A DNA stretch of 64,000 bases from an uncultured Gemmataceae bacterium (lineage in GTDB: Bacteria; Planctomycetota; Planctomycetia; Gemmatales; Gemmataceae). The notes below the pieces were generated by a model, which saw nothing but the letters and a program-made list of their open reading frames with translations, ran no database searches and was not told the DNA's origin. The DNA lies in NCBI GenBank assembly GCA_963750165.1, contig CAVVPN010000004.1:512001-576000 (forward strand), read 5' to 3'. The position numbers and the translations under genes are program-made. Position 1 is the stretch's first letter. Every line of letters begins with the position of its first letter. Below are positions 21,024 to 30,644 of the stretch, piece after piece.

Positions 21024-21671
21024 TCATGGGTTAATGACGACTTCACAGGCAGGACCGCGGAATAGCACTTCCACACGATTCAGAACGTCACGGCCCAAGA
21101 TGCGCTCGCCGCCAACAAAGTCCGCTTGCAGCCGGCACGGGTAATCCTGCCCGTCCAGGTGGGCCCACACTTGAAAGGCGAGCGTTGCCGCGGCACTGCC
21201 TGCAACCCCGCTGAGCAAGCCTTGCACGCCCAAGCTCGGATCCAGTTGAAGGAGTTGGCAATCCGCCCAGGGCAAGACACTGGCATCCGCCCCCGTATCG
21301 GGGATCACCCGATCCAGGACAACGCCGGGCGAGCCGCCGGCCTGTCGGAACTCGACGGTGATGACCGGCGGGGTTTCACCAGGATAACTCGCGTCGTAAG
21401 CGAAGGCAGCACGCCGGATGCGGCACGGTTCCTCTTCCCTCCCAACGCAGATGAAGAACGGGTGCAGTCCCGTCGTCTCGGCGGCGTGGAACACGGTCAC
21501 GGGGCTGGTGCCCGACGCGATCACCCTCCCCTCGGCAAAGCCGATCCACTGGCCGCGGTACTCATCGAGGAGTTGGTCGCGGGCTGCCCAGTATTCCGCC
21601 TCGTTCTTGCGCCGGTCTGGGTGGAGTTGTCGAGCGATTTCTGGCGGCAGCTGATCGGCAATGCTTTTCAT
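21024..21671 (-). CDS. DUF5678-like domain fused to a retropepsin-like aspartyl protease
   Basis: N-terminal 'RDQLLDEYRGQWIGFAEGRVIASG'; PDTGADASVLP and ILGRDVLN. Confidence 0.75.
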   Translation of the reverse strand: MKSIADQLPPEIARQLHPDRRKNEAEYWAARDQLLDEYRGQWIGFAEGRVIASGTSPVTVFHAAETTGLHPFFICVGREEEPCRIRRAAFAYDASYPGETPPVITVEFRQAGGSPGVVLDRVIPDTGADASVLPWADCQLLQLDPSLGVQGLLSGVAGSAAATLAFQVWAHLDGQDYPCRLQADFVGGERILGRDVLNRVEVLFRGPACEVVINP

Positions 21672-21720
21672 GGGGCACCTTGAGTGAACACCTGGACCGT
21701 CGTCATTTTAGAGTCACTGA

Positions 21721-21764
21721 GGTCGGGCGTCGATTGACATACCCATGTCAATCGACGCCCGACC
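21721..21764. repeat. Perfect 20-bp inverted repeat containing the MFS stop codon
   Basis: GGTCGGGCGTCGATTGACAT-accc-ATGTCAATCGACGCCCGACC. Confidence 0.9.
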
Positions 21765-23367
21765 CCATTTTTCCGCCCAGGAGTTCCTGCCAGTCGGCCG
21801 CGGTCAGGGCCAGGTTGGTCAAGTCTTTCAGTCGCTCCGGGTCATGGATACCAGCCAGCGCAGCGACGACGGCCTCGGAGGGGGGGCCGAGCCGCATTGT
21901 GCCCATGCGCAGCAGTTCTTTGCGAAAGTGATCCAGCCGCGATTTGTCCACCCCCTTCTCGGGCGGCACCAGCGGCTTGCCGGCGTTGACGAACGCCCAC
22001 GCCACCGCCCCCACGAACCACGCGCTCGCCAGAATCGCGAACGTCAGCGCCCAGCGCTGCTGCGGCGATGCCCCCTCGGGCGGGATCGCCTTGAACACCG
22101 GCGTCAGCACCGGACCCAGGAACGCCCCGACGCCGCCCACCATGTTCATGACGCCCGCCACGGTGCCGGCGTAACGGCCGCCCACGTCCGCCGACGCCGC
22201 CCAGATCGGCGGGATGGCCAGATCGTTGATGAAGAACGCCAGGCACAGCAGCGCCACCGCCGCCCACGGACTGGTCGCCAGGCCCGTCAGCGCCACACAG
22301 GTGCCCGCGCCGACGAAGCCGCCGATCCCCACCAGGCTCCGGCCCCAGCGGCGACTGCCCAGCCGCCGCACCAGCCAGTCCGACAATCCACCGCCCGCCA
22401 GCGACCCGAACGCCCCGCACAGGAACGGCAGCCCCGTCGCCAACTCCAGGAACGGCAGCCGCAGTTCCGTGAACAGCAGGTTGATTTGCACCGTCTCGTT
22501 CTTGAAATCGATGCCGTGGACTTCCTCGTAGTAGAACGGCTGCCAGGTCGGGAAGAAGTACCAGCCGAAACTGACACACGCCGCGGCGATGCACAGCGCC
22601 CACATGGTCGGACTGCCCAGCAGTTTGTCCCACGGTGGTTGCGGATGGGCGTGAGCGGCCTCGTCGGCCTTCATCGAGTACGGCCCCGCCCGGATCAGGT
22701 CGCGCTCGGCGGCGTTGCAGCCCGGCTTGTCCTCCGGACGGTCGCGGAACCACGACCGGAAGCCCACTGCCCACAGCACGCCGATGCTGCCCAGCGTCCA
22801 CATCGCCGGCTTCCACGACTCCTGTTCCCAGTGGTCCGCGTACAACCGCACCAGTCCGCCGATCACCAGCGGCGCCATCGCCCCGCCCAGCCGGGCACAC
22901 ATCCACACCGCCCCGGTTGCCAGGCCGCGCTCGCTGAACGGGAACCATGAGCCCACCACGCGCGTGACGTTCGGGTACGCCCCCGCCTCGCCGCAGCCGA
23001 ACAGGAAACGCACCGCCACCAGGGCCACGAAGCTGTTGAGCACCAGCGGCCCCAGCGACAGCGAAAACGGCCAGACGGCGCCGGTCAACGCCGTGAAGGC
23101 GCTCCACCACAGGACGATGCGCGTCAGCACCCGCCGCGGTCCCCAGACGTCGCCCATCCAGCCGCCCGGCACCTCGAACAGTGTGTAACCGACCGCGAAC
23201 GCTCCGAAGACCCAACCGAGCTGCGCTTCGCTGATGTCCAGCGTCGCCCGCAGGTCGCCGGCCACGCGCATGATGCACACGCGGTCCAGGTATGTCAGCA
23301 TCGACAGACTGCACACGAAGCCGAGCACGCCGAGGCGGACGCGGGTCGGACTGGCAGAAATTCCCAT
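21748..23367 (-). CDS. MFS transporter (anion:cation symporter-like) with C-terminal DUF4351-like extension
   Basis: LTYLDRVCI, FEVPGGWMGDVWGPRRVL, RFLFGCGEAGAYP, WFPFSERG. Confidence 0.9.
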   Translation of the reverse strand: MGISASPTRVRLGVLGFVCSLSMLTYLDRVCIMRVAGDLRATLDISEAQLGWVFGAFAVGYTLFEVPGGWMGDVWGPRRVLTRIVLWWSAFTALTGAVWPFSLSLGPLVLNSFVALVAVRFLFGCGEAGAYPNVTRVVGSWFPFSERGLATGAVWMCARLGGAMAPLVIGGLVRLYADHWEQESWKPAMWTLGSIGVLWAVGFRSWFRDRPEDKPGCNAAERDLIRAGPYSMKADEAAHAHPQPPWDKLLGSPTMWALCIAAACVSFGWYFFPTWQPFYYEEVHGIDFKNETVQINLLFTELRLPFLELATGLPFLCGAFGSLAGGGLSDWLVRRLGSRRWGRSLVGIGGFVGAGTCVALTGLATSPWAAVALLCLAFFINDLAIPPIWAASADVGGRYAGTVAGVMNMVGGVGAFLGPVLTPVFKAIPPEGASPQQRWALTFAILASAWFVGAVAWAFVNAGKPLVPPEKGVDKSRLDHFRKELLRMGTMRLGPPSEAVVAALAGIHDPERLKDLTNLALTAADWQELLGGKMGSGVD

Positions 23368-23407
23368 AACGGCCATCCTGTTCGGCGTGAAAAGGCAGGT
23401 TCGCGGA

Positions 23408-24052
23408 TCAAAGGTCTTCGCACACGATGACGCGCCCCGCCGACGCGGAGCGCCGGTAAAAATCCTGCAACGGCGGCAACCACTCGCGCACGAACGCCAG
23501 CTCGTCGGCGCGGTCCTCCGCGGTGTCGAGGTCGGGCAGGCCGGTCAGGTCCGTGGCGCTCCAGCGCTCGGGCTCCAGGGCTTGCAGGTAAGCGTTCAGG
23601 CGCTGCACGTCGTCAGCGGCGTTGTAGCCGGCGTGGTCGGGGCGGTAGTAGCCGCCGCCGAAGCACAGGTCGCGGCTGCCGAAATACACCTGCTGGATAG
23701 AGGCATAGCGGTCGCGCTCGGTGTCGCCGGCCCCGTGCCCCGGCGCCAGCAGGTGGCACAGCGCTGCCGGAGTTATTTGCAGTTCGGGGATTTCCTCTGC
23801 CCCGAACCACAGCAGCTCGCCCACCAGGAAGCGCCAGAAATCGCGGTCGAACGTCAGGCCCGCGGCCACGCGCTGCAGCAGTGGCTCGTCGCCGACGTGG
23901 TAGCGGTCGGCGAAGGCGCGGGCGTGCGGCAGCAACTCGGCACACATCTGCTGGCAGGGCGCGAAACTGTGTCGCCGCCAGGCTGCGGCCAGCGCCGGCC
24001 GCAGCCGCTGCTCGAACAGTTGCCCGTCCAGGGCGAGCAGGTAGAGCGGCAT
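23408..24052 (-). CDS. Hypothetical protein (possibly DUF1877-like)
   Basis: 214-aa ORF with genome-typical codon usage in a co-oriented run. Confidence 0.6.
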   Translation of the reverse strand: MPLYLLALDGQLFEQRLRPALAAAWRRHSFAPCQQMCAELLPHARAFADRYHVGDEPLLQRVAAGLTFDRDFWRFLVGELLWFGAEEIPELQITPAALCHLLAPGHGAGDTERDRYASIQQVYFGSRDLCFGGGYYRPDHAGYNAADDVQRLNAYLQALEPERWSATDLTGLPDLDTAEDRADELAFVREWLPPLQDFYRRSASAGRVIVCEDL

Positions 24053-24055
24053 TGG

Positions 24056-24421
24056 CTAGTCGTCCCGGCGGCGGTAGTCGCGGTCGTCCTCGAAGCGCCG
24101 CAGCGGTGGCGACTCGGGAGCGAGGCCCCACACAATGCCGCCGGCCGCGCCCGCCAGGCCGCCGATCACCGTGGAGGCGCCGCAGGCGATGGCCCAGGTC
24201 AGACCACCGATCAGGTCCTCGTTGACGCCGCGCGGCTTGAAGACGCCCACCGCGGCGGCGCCCGCCATCAGTCCGACGATGACTCCCATGAACGCCCCGA
24301 TGAGCGCCCCGACGACCGTCCAGCCGACCGCCCCGAACGCGCGTCCCATGATGGTACTCTCCAGCAAACAGGTGCCCCAGTTCGTACCGCCGACGTTACC
24401 CCGCGGCGCCGGCCGCGTCAA
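24056..24421 (-). CDS. Small Gly-rich membrane protein
   Basis: Two Gly-zipper hydrophobic segments; start uncertain. Confidence 0.55.
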   Translation of the reverse strand: MTRPAPRGNVGGTNWGTCLLESTIMGRAFGAVGWTVVGALIGAFMGVIVGLMAGAAAVGVFKPRGVNEDLIGGLTWAIACGASTVIGGLAGAAGGIVWGLAPESPPLRRFEDDRDYRRRDD

Positions 24422-24427
24422 CGACCA

Positions 24428-26146
24428 TCATGCCTTGCGCTGCCGCAAGGTCGCCAGCAGGTCGAGGAACTCGCTGCGCCAGACCTGGTAGAACTCGAAG
24501 GCACAATCGCACTCGAAGACGAGCAGGTTGTCCGGCTCCGCGACCACCGCCAGCAGCACAAAGCGCTGCGCCTCGCCGGCCAGCTCCAGCCGCAGTTCCA
24601 GCACACGGCCGGGCCGGTCGCCGACCTTCCGGGCCACGCCGTCGTCAGCGTCCGGCGCCGGCTTCACCGCAGCCACGGTCAGCGTCAACTGATCGTTGGC
24701 CGACTCGTCCTGCAATCGCTTCAGCAGCGCCGCGCGGGCCTCCTTGAGCGCCGCCTTCGGCTCCTTCGTCTTCGGAAAGCGCAGCACCAGCACGCGGGCC
24801 ATCTTGGCGTTCTTCAGCGTCGGATCCAGCTCCTTGGGATCGCGGCCTTGCAGGTACAGCACGGCGCTCGGGTCCATCGCGCCCGGGGTATACGGCTTCC
24901 AGACACCCTTGGGGGCGCTGAGGCTCACGCCGCTCTTGACATGGCGGAAGGTCGCCGTCTCCGGCGGCAGCTCGGCCCAGCCCTTGCGCTCCGACACCAG
25001 GATCAGGCCGCCAACCCGCGGCTGTTGCAGATACGCCAGCGTCTCCTGCGCCGTCTCCCGTTTACCTGCCGCGGCGATGAAATAGCAATAACCGACGCCG
25101 TTCCGCGCGAACAGGTAACCGTCGCCGCGCCACGCCACCTCGTTGAGGACGCCCTTGAACTCCAGCCGCTGCGCCTTCACCGCGGGGTGCCCCGGCAGCT
25201 CCGCGGGCTGGGGGCTGGCGGAGGTTTCCAGTTCCTTGAAGTGGCCGCGTAGCCGCTGAATCGCCTCGGTGAACAGCTCAGCGTCGCGCGGGTTGCGTGT
25301 GCCGTAGTCCTTGACCACGACCACCAGCCAGACGAACGGGTCGCTGCGCTGGTAGGCCCATTCGGTGCCCAGGTCGGCCTTCAACCGCGGCTCCGGCGCC
25401 CAGACGCCGCGCGGCAGCTTGAGTCGCAGCACCTGCTCCTTGGTGCCGCTGCGGTTGCTGAGGAAGCCGTTGGTGGTCTCCAGCGGCACCAGCGGGACGA
25501 TCACTTCCTTTTCCTTTTCCTTCTCCTTCTCCTTCTCCTTCTCCTTTCCCTTCTCGCCGGCTTTCTTTTTGGCGACCGCGGCCGGCTTCTCGGGTTCCGG
25601 AGACTCGGCGTTGTTCACGATGTAGAAAATGACCGCCGCCGCGGCACCGCCCAGAAGCAGCACCACCACCAGCACCATGACGAATTTCCAGCCGCCCCCG
25701 CTGTCGTCGCCGAGGTTGTAGCGCTGCACCAGTGGGCCGCGCGTGTTCGCCACCTGGAAGTCGCCCAGCGGGGAATCGTCGTCGGTGCCGGCGGGGGGCG
25801 CGGGCGGCGGAGCGGCGCGCACCGGGGCGGGCGGCGCAGGTTTGGCCACGGGCACGGGCTGGGCGCGCGCCGCCACGGCAGGCGGTGGCGGAGATTTGGT
25901 GGGCGGTGGCGGCGTGGCCCGGCGGTTGGCCGCGGGCGGCAGTGGTGACCTGGTGGGCGGCGGCGGTGTGGCCCGGCGGCTGGCCGCGGGGCGGGCGGGC
26001 GGTGGCGCGGCCGGGGCAGGGCCGCCGCCGAACTGGAAGCGAGTGCCGCAGCGCGGACACGCCAGCGCCCCGGCGGCCTTCACCTCCGCCTGGCTGAACA
26101 CGTGGCTACAGGTGGGATTCGGACAGGGCAGGCCAGTCGGCAGCAT
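24428..26146 (-). CDS. Zinc-ribbon / Pro-rich / single-TM hypothetical protein
   Basis: CPNPTC...CPRC, Pro-rich linker with a 54-bp duplication (~25880-25990), TM helix, (EK)n tract (~25505-25555), large periplasmic part. Confidence 0.7.
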   Translation of the reverse strand: MLPTGLPCPNPTCSHVFSQAEVKAAGALACPRCGTRFQFGGGPAPAAPPPARPAASRRATPPPPTRSPLPPAANRRATPPPPTKSPPPPAVAARAQPVPVAKPAPPAPVRAAPPPAPPAGTDDDSPLGDFQVANTRGPLVQRYNLGDDSGGGWKFVMVLVVVLLLGGAAAAVIFYIVNNAESPEPEKPAAVAKKKAGEKGKEKEKEKEKEKEKEVIVPLVPLETTNGFLSNRSGTKEQVLRLKLPRGVWAPEPRLKADLGTEWAYQRSDPFVWLVVVVKDYGTRNPRDAELFTEAIQRLRGHFKELETSASPQPAELPGHPAVKAQRLEFKGVLNEVAWRGDGYLFARNGVGYCYFIAAAGKRETAQETLAYLQQPRVGGLILVSERKGWAELPPETATFRHVKSGVSLSAPKGVWKPYTPGAMDPSAVLYLQGRDPKELDPTLKNAKMARVLVLRFPKTKEPKAALKEARAALLKRLQDESANDQLTLTVAAVKPAPDADDGVARKVGDRPGRVLELRLELAGEAQRFVLLAVVAEPDNLLVFECDCAFEFYQVWRSEFLDLLATLRQRKA

Positions 26147-26300
26147 GGCGGGTCGTCTCGCTTGGGGTTGCACGTCGCGGCGCCTGTTGCAGTGTACCGC
26201 AATTTCCGGCCGTACACAGCGCTTCCGGGGTTCAGACTGTCTTCGCCGCCGTCCGTGCCGTATGATGGCGAAATTCAGATGCCGTCAGGAGGTTCCCCCG

Positions 26301-27065
26301 ATGCCGCAGGATCGCGACGTGCAAGTTCATCTGCTGCCGGACCTCGTGCCGGCCGAGCGCTTGTGCGACGGCGTCGCGGTCGTCATCGACGTGCTGCGCG
26401 CCACGACCACCATCGTCCACGCGCTGGCCGCGGGCTGTCCCTGTGTGCTGCCGTGCGCCACCATCGAGGAGGCGCAGGCCCTGGCGGACGAGATGCGCGT
26501 CGGTCGAGTGCTGCTCGGCGGCGAGCGCGGCGGGTTGCCGGTGTGCGGCTTCGACCTCGGCAACTCGCCGCGCGAGTACACGCCGAAAACCTGTCGCGGC
26601 AAAACCCTGGTGATGACGACGACGAACGGCACGCGCGCCCTGCTGCACGCGGCGGCGGCCGCGCGGGTGCTGCTGGCGGCGTTCGTGAATTACAGCGCCG
26701 TCTGCGAACAACTGGTCCACGAGGCGCGTCCTGTCCACATCATCTGCGCCGGCAGCGACGGCGAGGTCACTCTGGAGGACACACTGCTGGCGGGAGCGCT
26801 GGTGGATCGACTGTGCGACGCGCAGGAGGTGCGGTTGAACGACGGCGCCCGGCTGGCGTGGGACTGCTTCGAGAACCACGGCCAGGTGCTGGCGGGGGCG
26901 CTGGAGGTCAGCCAGGGAGGCGCCGCCCTGCGGCGGCTGGGCTATGATGACGACGTGCGTATGGCGGCACAGGTGGACCTGTTCGCCCTGGTTCCGGAGC
27001 TGCGCCGCGACCCGCTGCGCGTCGAGGTCGGCGCCGTTGGCATCGTCAAGAGCCACTGGAAATAA
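26301..27065 (+). CDS. comB: 2-phosphosulfolactate phosphatase
   Basis: VVIDVLRATTT, GGERGG...FDLGNSP, TTTNGT, EDTLLAG. Confidence 0.9.
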   Translation: MPQDRDVQVHLLPDLVPAERLCDGVAVVIDVLRATTTIVHALAAGCPCVLPCATIEEAQALADEMRVGRVLLGGERGGLPVCGFDLGNSPREYTPKTCRGKTLVMTTTNGTRALLHAAAAARVLLAAFVNYSAVCEQLVHEARPVHIICAGSDGEVTLEDTLLAGALVDRLCDAQEVRLNDGARLAWDCFENHGQVLAGALEVSQGGAALRRLGYDDDVRMAAQVDLFALVPELRRDPLRVEVGAVGIVKSHWK

Positions 27066-27077
27066 CAAGGGTGCTGC

Positions 27078-28688
27078 ATGGACATGGATAAACTGGTGTC
27101 GCTGTGCAAGCGGCGCGGCTACCTGTTTCAATCGAGCGAGATCTACGGCGGCCTGAACGGCTTCTGGGACTACGGGCCGCTCGGCGTCGAACTGAAGCGC
27201 AACGTCAAGGAGGCGTGGTGGCGCGACATGGTCACCGGCCACGACGACCTGGCGACGCTGCCGGGGGCGCCGTCGCCGTACGAGATGGTCGGCCTCGATT
27301 GCAGCATCATCATGCACCCGCAGGTGTGGAAGTGCTCGGGTCACTACGACCTGTTCCACGACTTCATGGTCGATTGCCGCGAGTCCAAGAAGCGCTACCG
27401 CCACGATCAGGTCAACGGCCGCTGGGTCGAGGCCAAGGGCCAGCGCATCTTCGTCGCGGTCACCAGCGACGGCGCCGAGGGCGAGAAGGAGGCGGAACAG
27501 AAGGCGCTCAAGTTCTTCAACCTCCGGGCCAAGAACATGGACGAGCTGAAGTGGGACGGGCCGCTGGTGGAACTGACGACGGTGCCGGAGTTCTCGAAGG
27601 TGCTGGGGCCGGACGCGAAGGAACTCGGCACGCTGACGCCGCCGCGCGAGTTCAACCTGATGTTCAAGACGTACGTCGGGGCGCTGAGCGGCGAGGAAGG
27701 GGTGGCGTTCCTGCGGCCGGAGACCGCGCAGGGCATCTTCGTGAACTTCAAGAACGTCCTCGACAGCACGCGCGTCAAGATTCCGTTCGGCGTCGCCCAG
27801 ATGGGCAAGAGTTTCCGCAACGAAATCACGCCGAAACAGTTCACGTTCCGCTCGCGTGAATTCGAGCAAATGGAGATTGAGTTCTTCTGCCATCCCAACA
27901 CGTCGGCGCAGTGGTACACTTACTGGCGCAACCGGCGTTTCCAGTGGTACGTCGGCCTGGGGTTGGCGGGCGAGCGGCTGCGGCTGCGCGAACATGAGAA
28001 GGAGGAGTTGAGCCATTATTCGCGCGGCACCGCGGACATTGAATATGCGTTCCCGTTCCTGCCGCCGGGCAAGTTCGGCGAGTTGGAGGGCGTGGCTCAT
28101 CGTGGCGATTTCGATTTGCGCAGTCACATGGAAGGGAAGTTGGACCCGCACAGCAACCCGCTGGTCCTGGAACTGGGGCCGGACGGCAAGCCGCGGCACA
28201 AGGGCAGCGGTAAGGACATGAGCTACTTCGACGACCAGACGCGCGAGAAGTACATCCCGCACGTGATTGAGCCGTCCGCCGGCGCTGACCGCGCCACGCT
28301 GGCGTTTCTGTGCGAGGCGTACCACGAGGACCAGGTGCCGGACGAGAACGGCAAGCCGACCGAGCGCGTCGTGCTGAAACTGCACCCGCGACTGGCGCCG
28401 ATCAAGGCGGCAATCTTCCCGTTGGTGAAGAAGGACGGCATGCCGGAACTCGCCCAGGGGCTGTACCGCGAGTTGAAGAGTGAGTTCAACGTCTTCTACG
28501 ACGAGGGCGGCGCGGTCGGCCGTCGCTACCGCCGTCAGGACGAGGCGGGCACGCCGTACTGCGTCACCATCGACGGCCAGACGTTGCAGGATAAAACTGT
28601 CACGCTGCGCGACCGCGACACGCTGCAGCAGATTCGCTTGCCGCTCAGCAAGGTGGCGGAGGAGATTCGCGGGCGGTTAAGAGGGTAG
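27078..28688 (+). CDS. glyQS: Glycine--tRNA ligase (alpha2 type)
   Basis: WDYGPLG, FLRPETAQGIF, FRNEITP, REFEQME, VIEPSAG, RRYRRQDEAGTP. Confidence 0.97.
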   Translation: MDMDKLVSLCKRRGYLFQSSEIYGGLNGFWDYGPLGVELKRNVKEAWWRDMVTGHDDLATLPGAPSPYEMVGLDCSIIMHPQVWKCSGHYDLFHDFMVDCRESKKRYRHDQVNGRWVEAKGQRIFVAVTSDGAEGEKEAEQKALKFFNLRAKNMDELKWDGPLVELTTVPEFSKVLGPDAKELGTLTPPREFNLMFKTYVGALSGEEGVAFLRPETAQGIFVNFKNVLDSTRVKIPFGVAQMGKSFRNEITPKQFTFRSREFEQMEIEFFCHPNTSAQWYTYWRNRRFQWYVGLGLAGERLRLREHEKEELSHYSRGTADIEYAFPFLPPGKFGELEGVAHRGDFDLRSHMEGKLDPHSNPLVLELGPDGKPRHKGSGKDMSYFDDQTREKYIPHVIEPSAGADRATLAFLCEAYHEDQVPDENGKPTERVVLKLHPRLAPIKAAIFPLVKKDGMPELAQGLYRELKSEFNVFYDEGGAVGRRYRRQDEAGTPYCVTIDGQTLQDKTVTLRDRDTLQQIRLPLSKVAEEIRGRLRG

Positions 28689-28822
28689 GTGACCTGATGC
28701 CGAACTCAGGATGTGTCAGGAGGACGGGGTTTCCAAAGTGACGGCCATGCGGTTTGCAAGCAACCGCCCCATCCCCGACCGGATGCAAGTCCGGTTGACG
28801 AATAACGGCGCGCGCTGAGCCG

Positions 28823-29071
28823 TCAACGGTCCAAAAAGCCCCATTCGCCGTCGCCGATGACGCGGTAGCCGTTGCGGCCGCCCGCTCCCGGCCCCAGCAA
28901 CAGCGAGCCGTTATTGAGTAGCAGTCCGTTGCCGCCGGCCTGGGATTGCGGCGGAATCGGGGCCGCCGGCAGTGGGCCGTCCCCCGTGCGCTGCGGCGAC
29001 CGGCACCCGACCGCCACGCCCCCCAGCAGCAGCAGTCCGCACACGGCCAGCAGACGGCACAGTCTGTTCAT
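28823..29071 (-). CDS. Small putative lipoprotein
   Basis: MNRLCRLLAVCGLLLLGGVAVG-C lipobox. Confidence 0.55.
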   Translation of the reverse strand: MNRLCRLLAVCGLLLLGGVAVGCRSPQRTGDGPLPAAPIPPQSQAGGNGLLLNNGSLLLGPGAGGRNGYRVIGDGEWGFLDR

Positions 29072-29121
29072 GCCACTTCCCCAGCTTCCGTCGAGTCGCG
29101 CGGACGGCGCGGCCCCTGCAA

Positions 29122-29159
29122 CCCCATTCGGCCACGGGGCGGCTGCGCCATCAGCAAAA
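29122..29159 (+). repeat. 38-bp direct repeat, copy 1 (copy 2 at 30723-30760)
   Basis: CCCCATTCGGCCACGGGGCGGCTGCGCCATCAGCAAAA vs CCCCGTTCGGCCACGGGGCGGCCGCGCTATCAGCAAAA (3 mismatches). Confidence 0.85.
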
Positions 29160-29273
29160 CTTGCCGCCGGGCTGGATCGACCCACGCACGGGCGGCGTCG
29201 TTGTGGCTCTCGGTAGAACCCGGCGGGTATCGGCCTGCCGCATCCGGTCATTTCTGATAAAAGTGCGCGCTTA

Positions 29274-29302
29274 TTGACTTCCCAGGTTCGACCGGTTACG
29301 CT
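29274..29302 (+). promoter_or_regulatory. Sigma70-like promoter (possible cassette promoter)
   Basis: TTGACT-17 bp-TACGCT. Confidence 0.6.
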
Positions 29303-29614
29303 CGGTGGGCGCTGTGCTCTGCCAGCGCCCACCAAGCGTTAAACCTGAAACGGCAACCTTGTTAGGGCGCGCGGTGCGCTCTAATCACCCTGGTTCGGCC
29401 GCGCAGAGATGGGGCCATGCGGATTGAGGTTGATCGCGGCCATCTCGGAGTCATCTGGTGCGACCGCTGCGGCAGAGCGGTCAACCTGAATGATCGAAGA
29501 TGTACTTCTCGCGCGTCTGGTCGTCACGGGCCAACTGAGGTTGCAGCTGAGTATTGAGCCGAGCGGCCCGCACGTGAACTGGGTTGTTCGGCGGCGCGAG
29601 GAAAAGGGGTTCGC

Positions 29615-29994
29615 ATGGAACAGGTACTTGGAATCGGCGGTGTCTTCTTCAAAGCGCGCGATCCCAAGGCGCTCGCCGCCTGGTATCGCGAACACCTGGG
29701 CGTGCCCGTCGAACCGGAGCAGACCTACGGGGCTTTCACGTCTGCCGCGGCTGGAGAGCAGGCGGTTTGGTCGGCGTTCCCTGCGGACACCTCCTACTTC
29801 GGTTCGGGCCCGGCACCGTTCATGGTCAACTATCGCGTCCGGAACCTCGACGCCATGTTGGCCCAACTCCGAGCGGCCGGGCGCAGGTAGACGACCGCGT
29901 CGAGGACTACGACTTTGGCCGGTTCGGCTGGGCGACCGACCCGGAAGGCAATCGATTCGAGCTATGGGAGCCGCGCTCACCCGGACACGGGTAA
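29615..29994 (+). pseudogene. VOC/glyoxalase family protein with a frameshift near 29880
   Basis: VLGIGGVFFKARDP, MVNYRVRNLD; continues in another frame as DFGRFGWATDPEGNRFELWEP. Confidence 0.85.
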
Positions 29995-30003
29995 ACGCAC
30001 CGC

Positions 30004-30102
30004 GCTGAACCTACGGCTGAAGCGGACCGGGGCCGCCATCCTGGGTTTTCGTGCTTCAACGTTCTTGCAGGCGGCCCCGGCAGCTTGGCCCTGGCGTTCG
30101 AC
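30004..30102 (+). other. Integron attC-like site
   Basis: R'' GCTGAAC just after the VOC stop, stem CCGGGGCCGCC (30027-37) / GGCGGCCCCGG (30070-80), R' GTTCGAC. Confidence 0.7.
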
Positions 30103-30200
30103 CAGGCAGAGAAATGGTTGAACGACTCACGTTGGCGTCGGGCTTCGCAGGCGGTTATGCTATCTCATGTGAATCCACAACCCTACAAGGAGTGTCCGAG

Positions 30201-30644
30201 ATGGCCAAACTGCTGCTCGTCGGGATCGGACTCGTTGCCACGGTTGGGTTCGTTCCAGCCCAGGATAGAAAGGTGGACGACCGTGTGAAGGTCGAGGTGC
30301 TCCTGGCGACCGAGCATGTGCCCCAGGGCCTGAAGGCGGGAACCCGTGTGCATCTGAAGATGGTTACGGGCAAGACCGTCGGGCCCAAGCGCCTGACCCT
30401 CTACAGAACCCTGTTGGTTGCCGGGGACATTGAGGTTGCGTCGGTCGCACTCGTGGAGAAGCCGGCGACCCCGGAAGCGGCGGTGCGGGTGCAACTGTTG
30501 GTGCCCAAAGCCATGGCCGGGAAGGTCGAGCAGACCCGCGACCACATGGTGACAGTCGTCGAGCGGCAGGGGGACGGGAGCGTGCTGCGCAAGAGGAAAC
30601 TGGTCACCCTCCGCCTGGAGATGCCAAAGCCCGACAAGAAGTAG
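30201..30644 (+). CDS. Secreted protein, weakly CpaB/RcpC C-terminal-like; probable cassette gene
   Basis: AAGGAG RBS, signal peptide, followed by a degenerate attC-like site (30678-30733). Confidence 0.6.
   Translation: MAKLLLVGIGLVATVGFVPAQDRKVDDRVKVEVLLATEHVPQGLKAGTRVHLKMVTGKTVGPKRLTLYRTLLVAGDIEVASVALVEKPATPEAAVRVQLLVPKAMAGKVEQTRDHMVTVVERQGDGSVLRKRKLVTLRLEMPKPDKK

Noticed and set aside
25505..25555. (EK)n microsatellite as a phase-variation switch
   Set aside because: 6-bp imperfect unit preserves the frame; ordinary low-complexity linker
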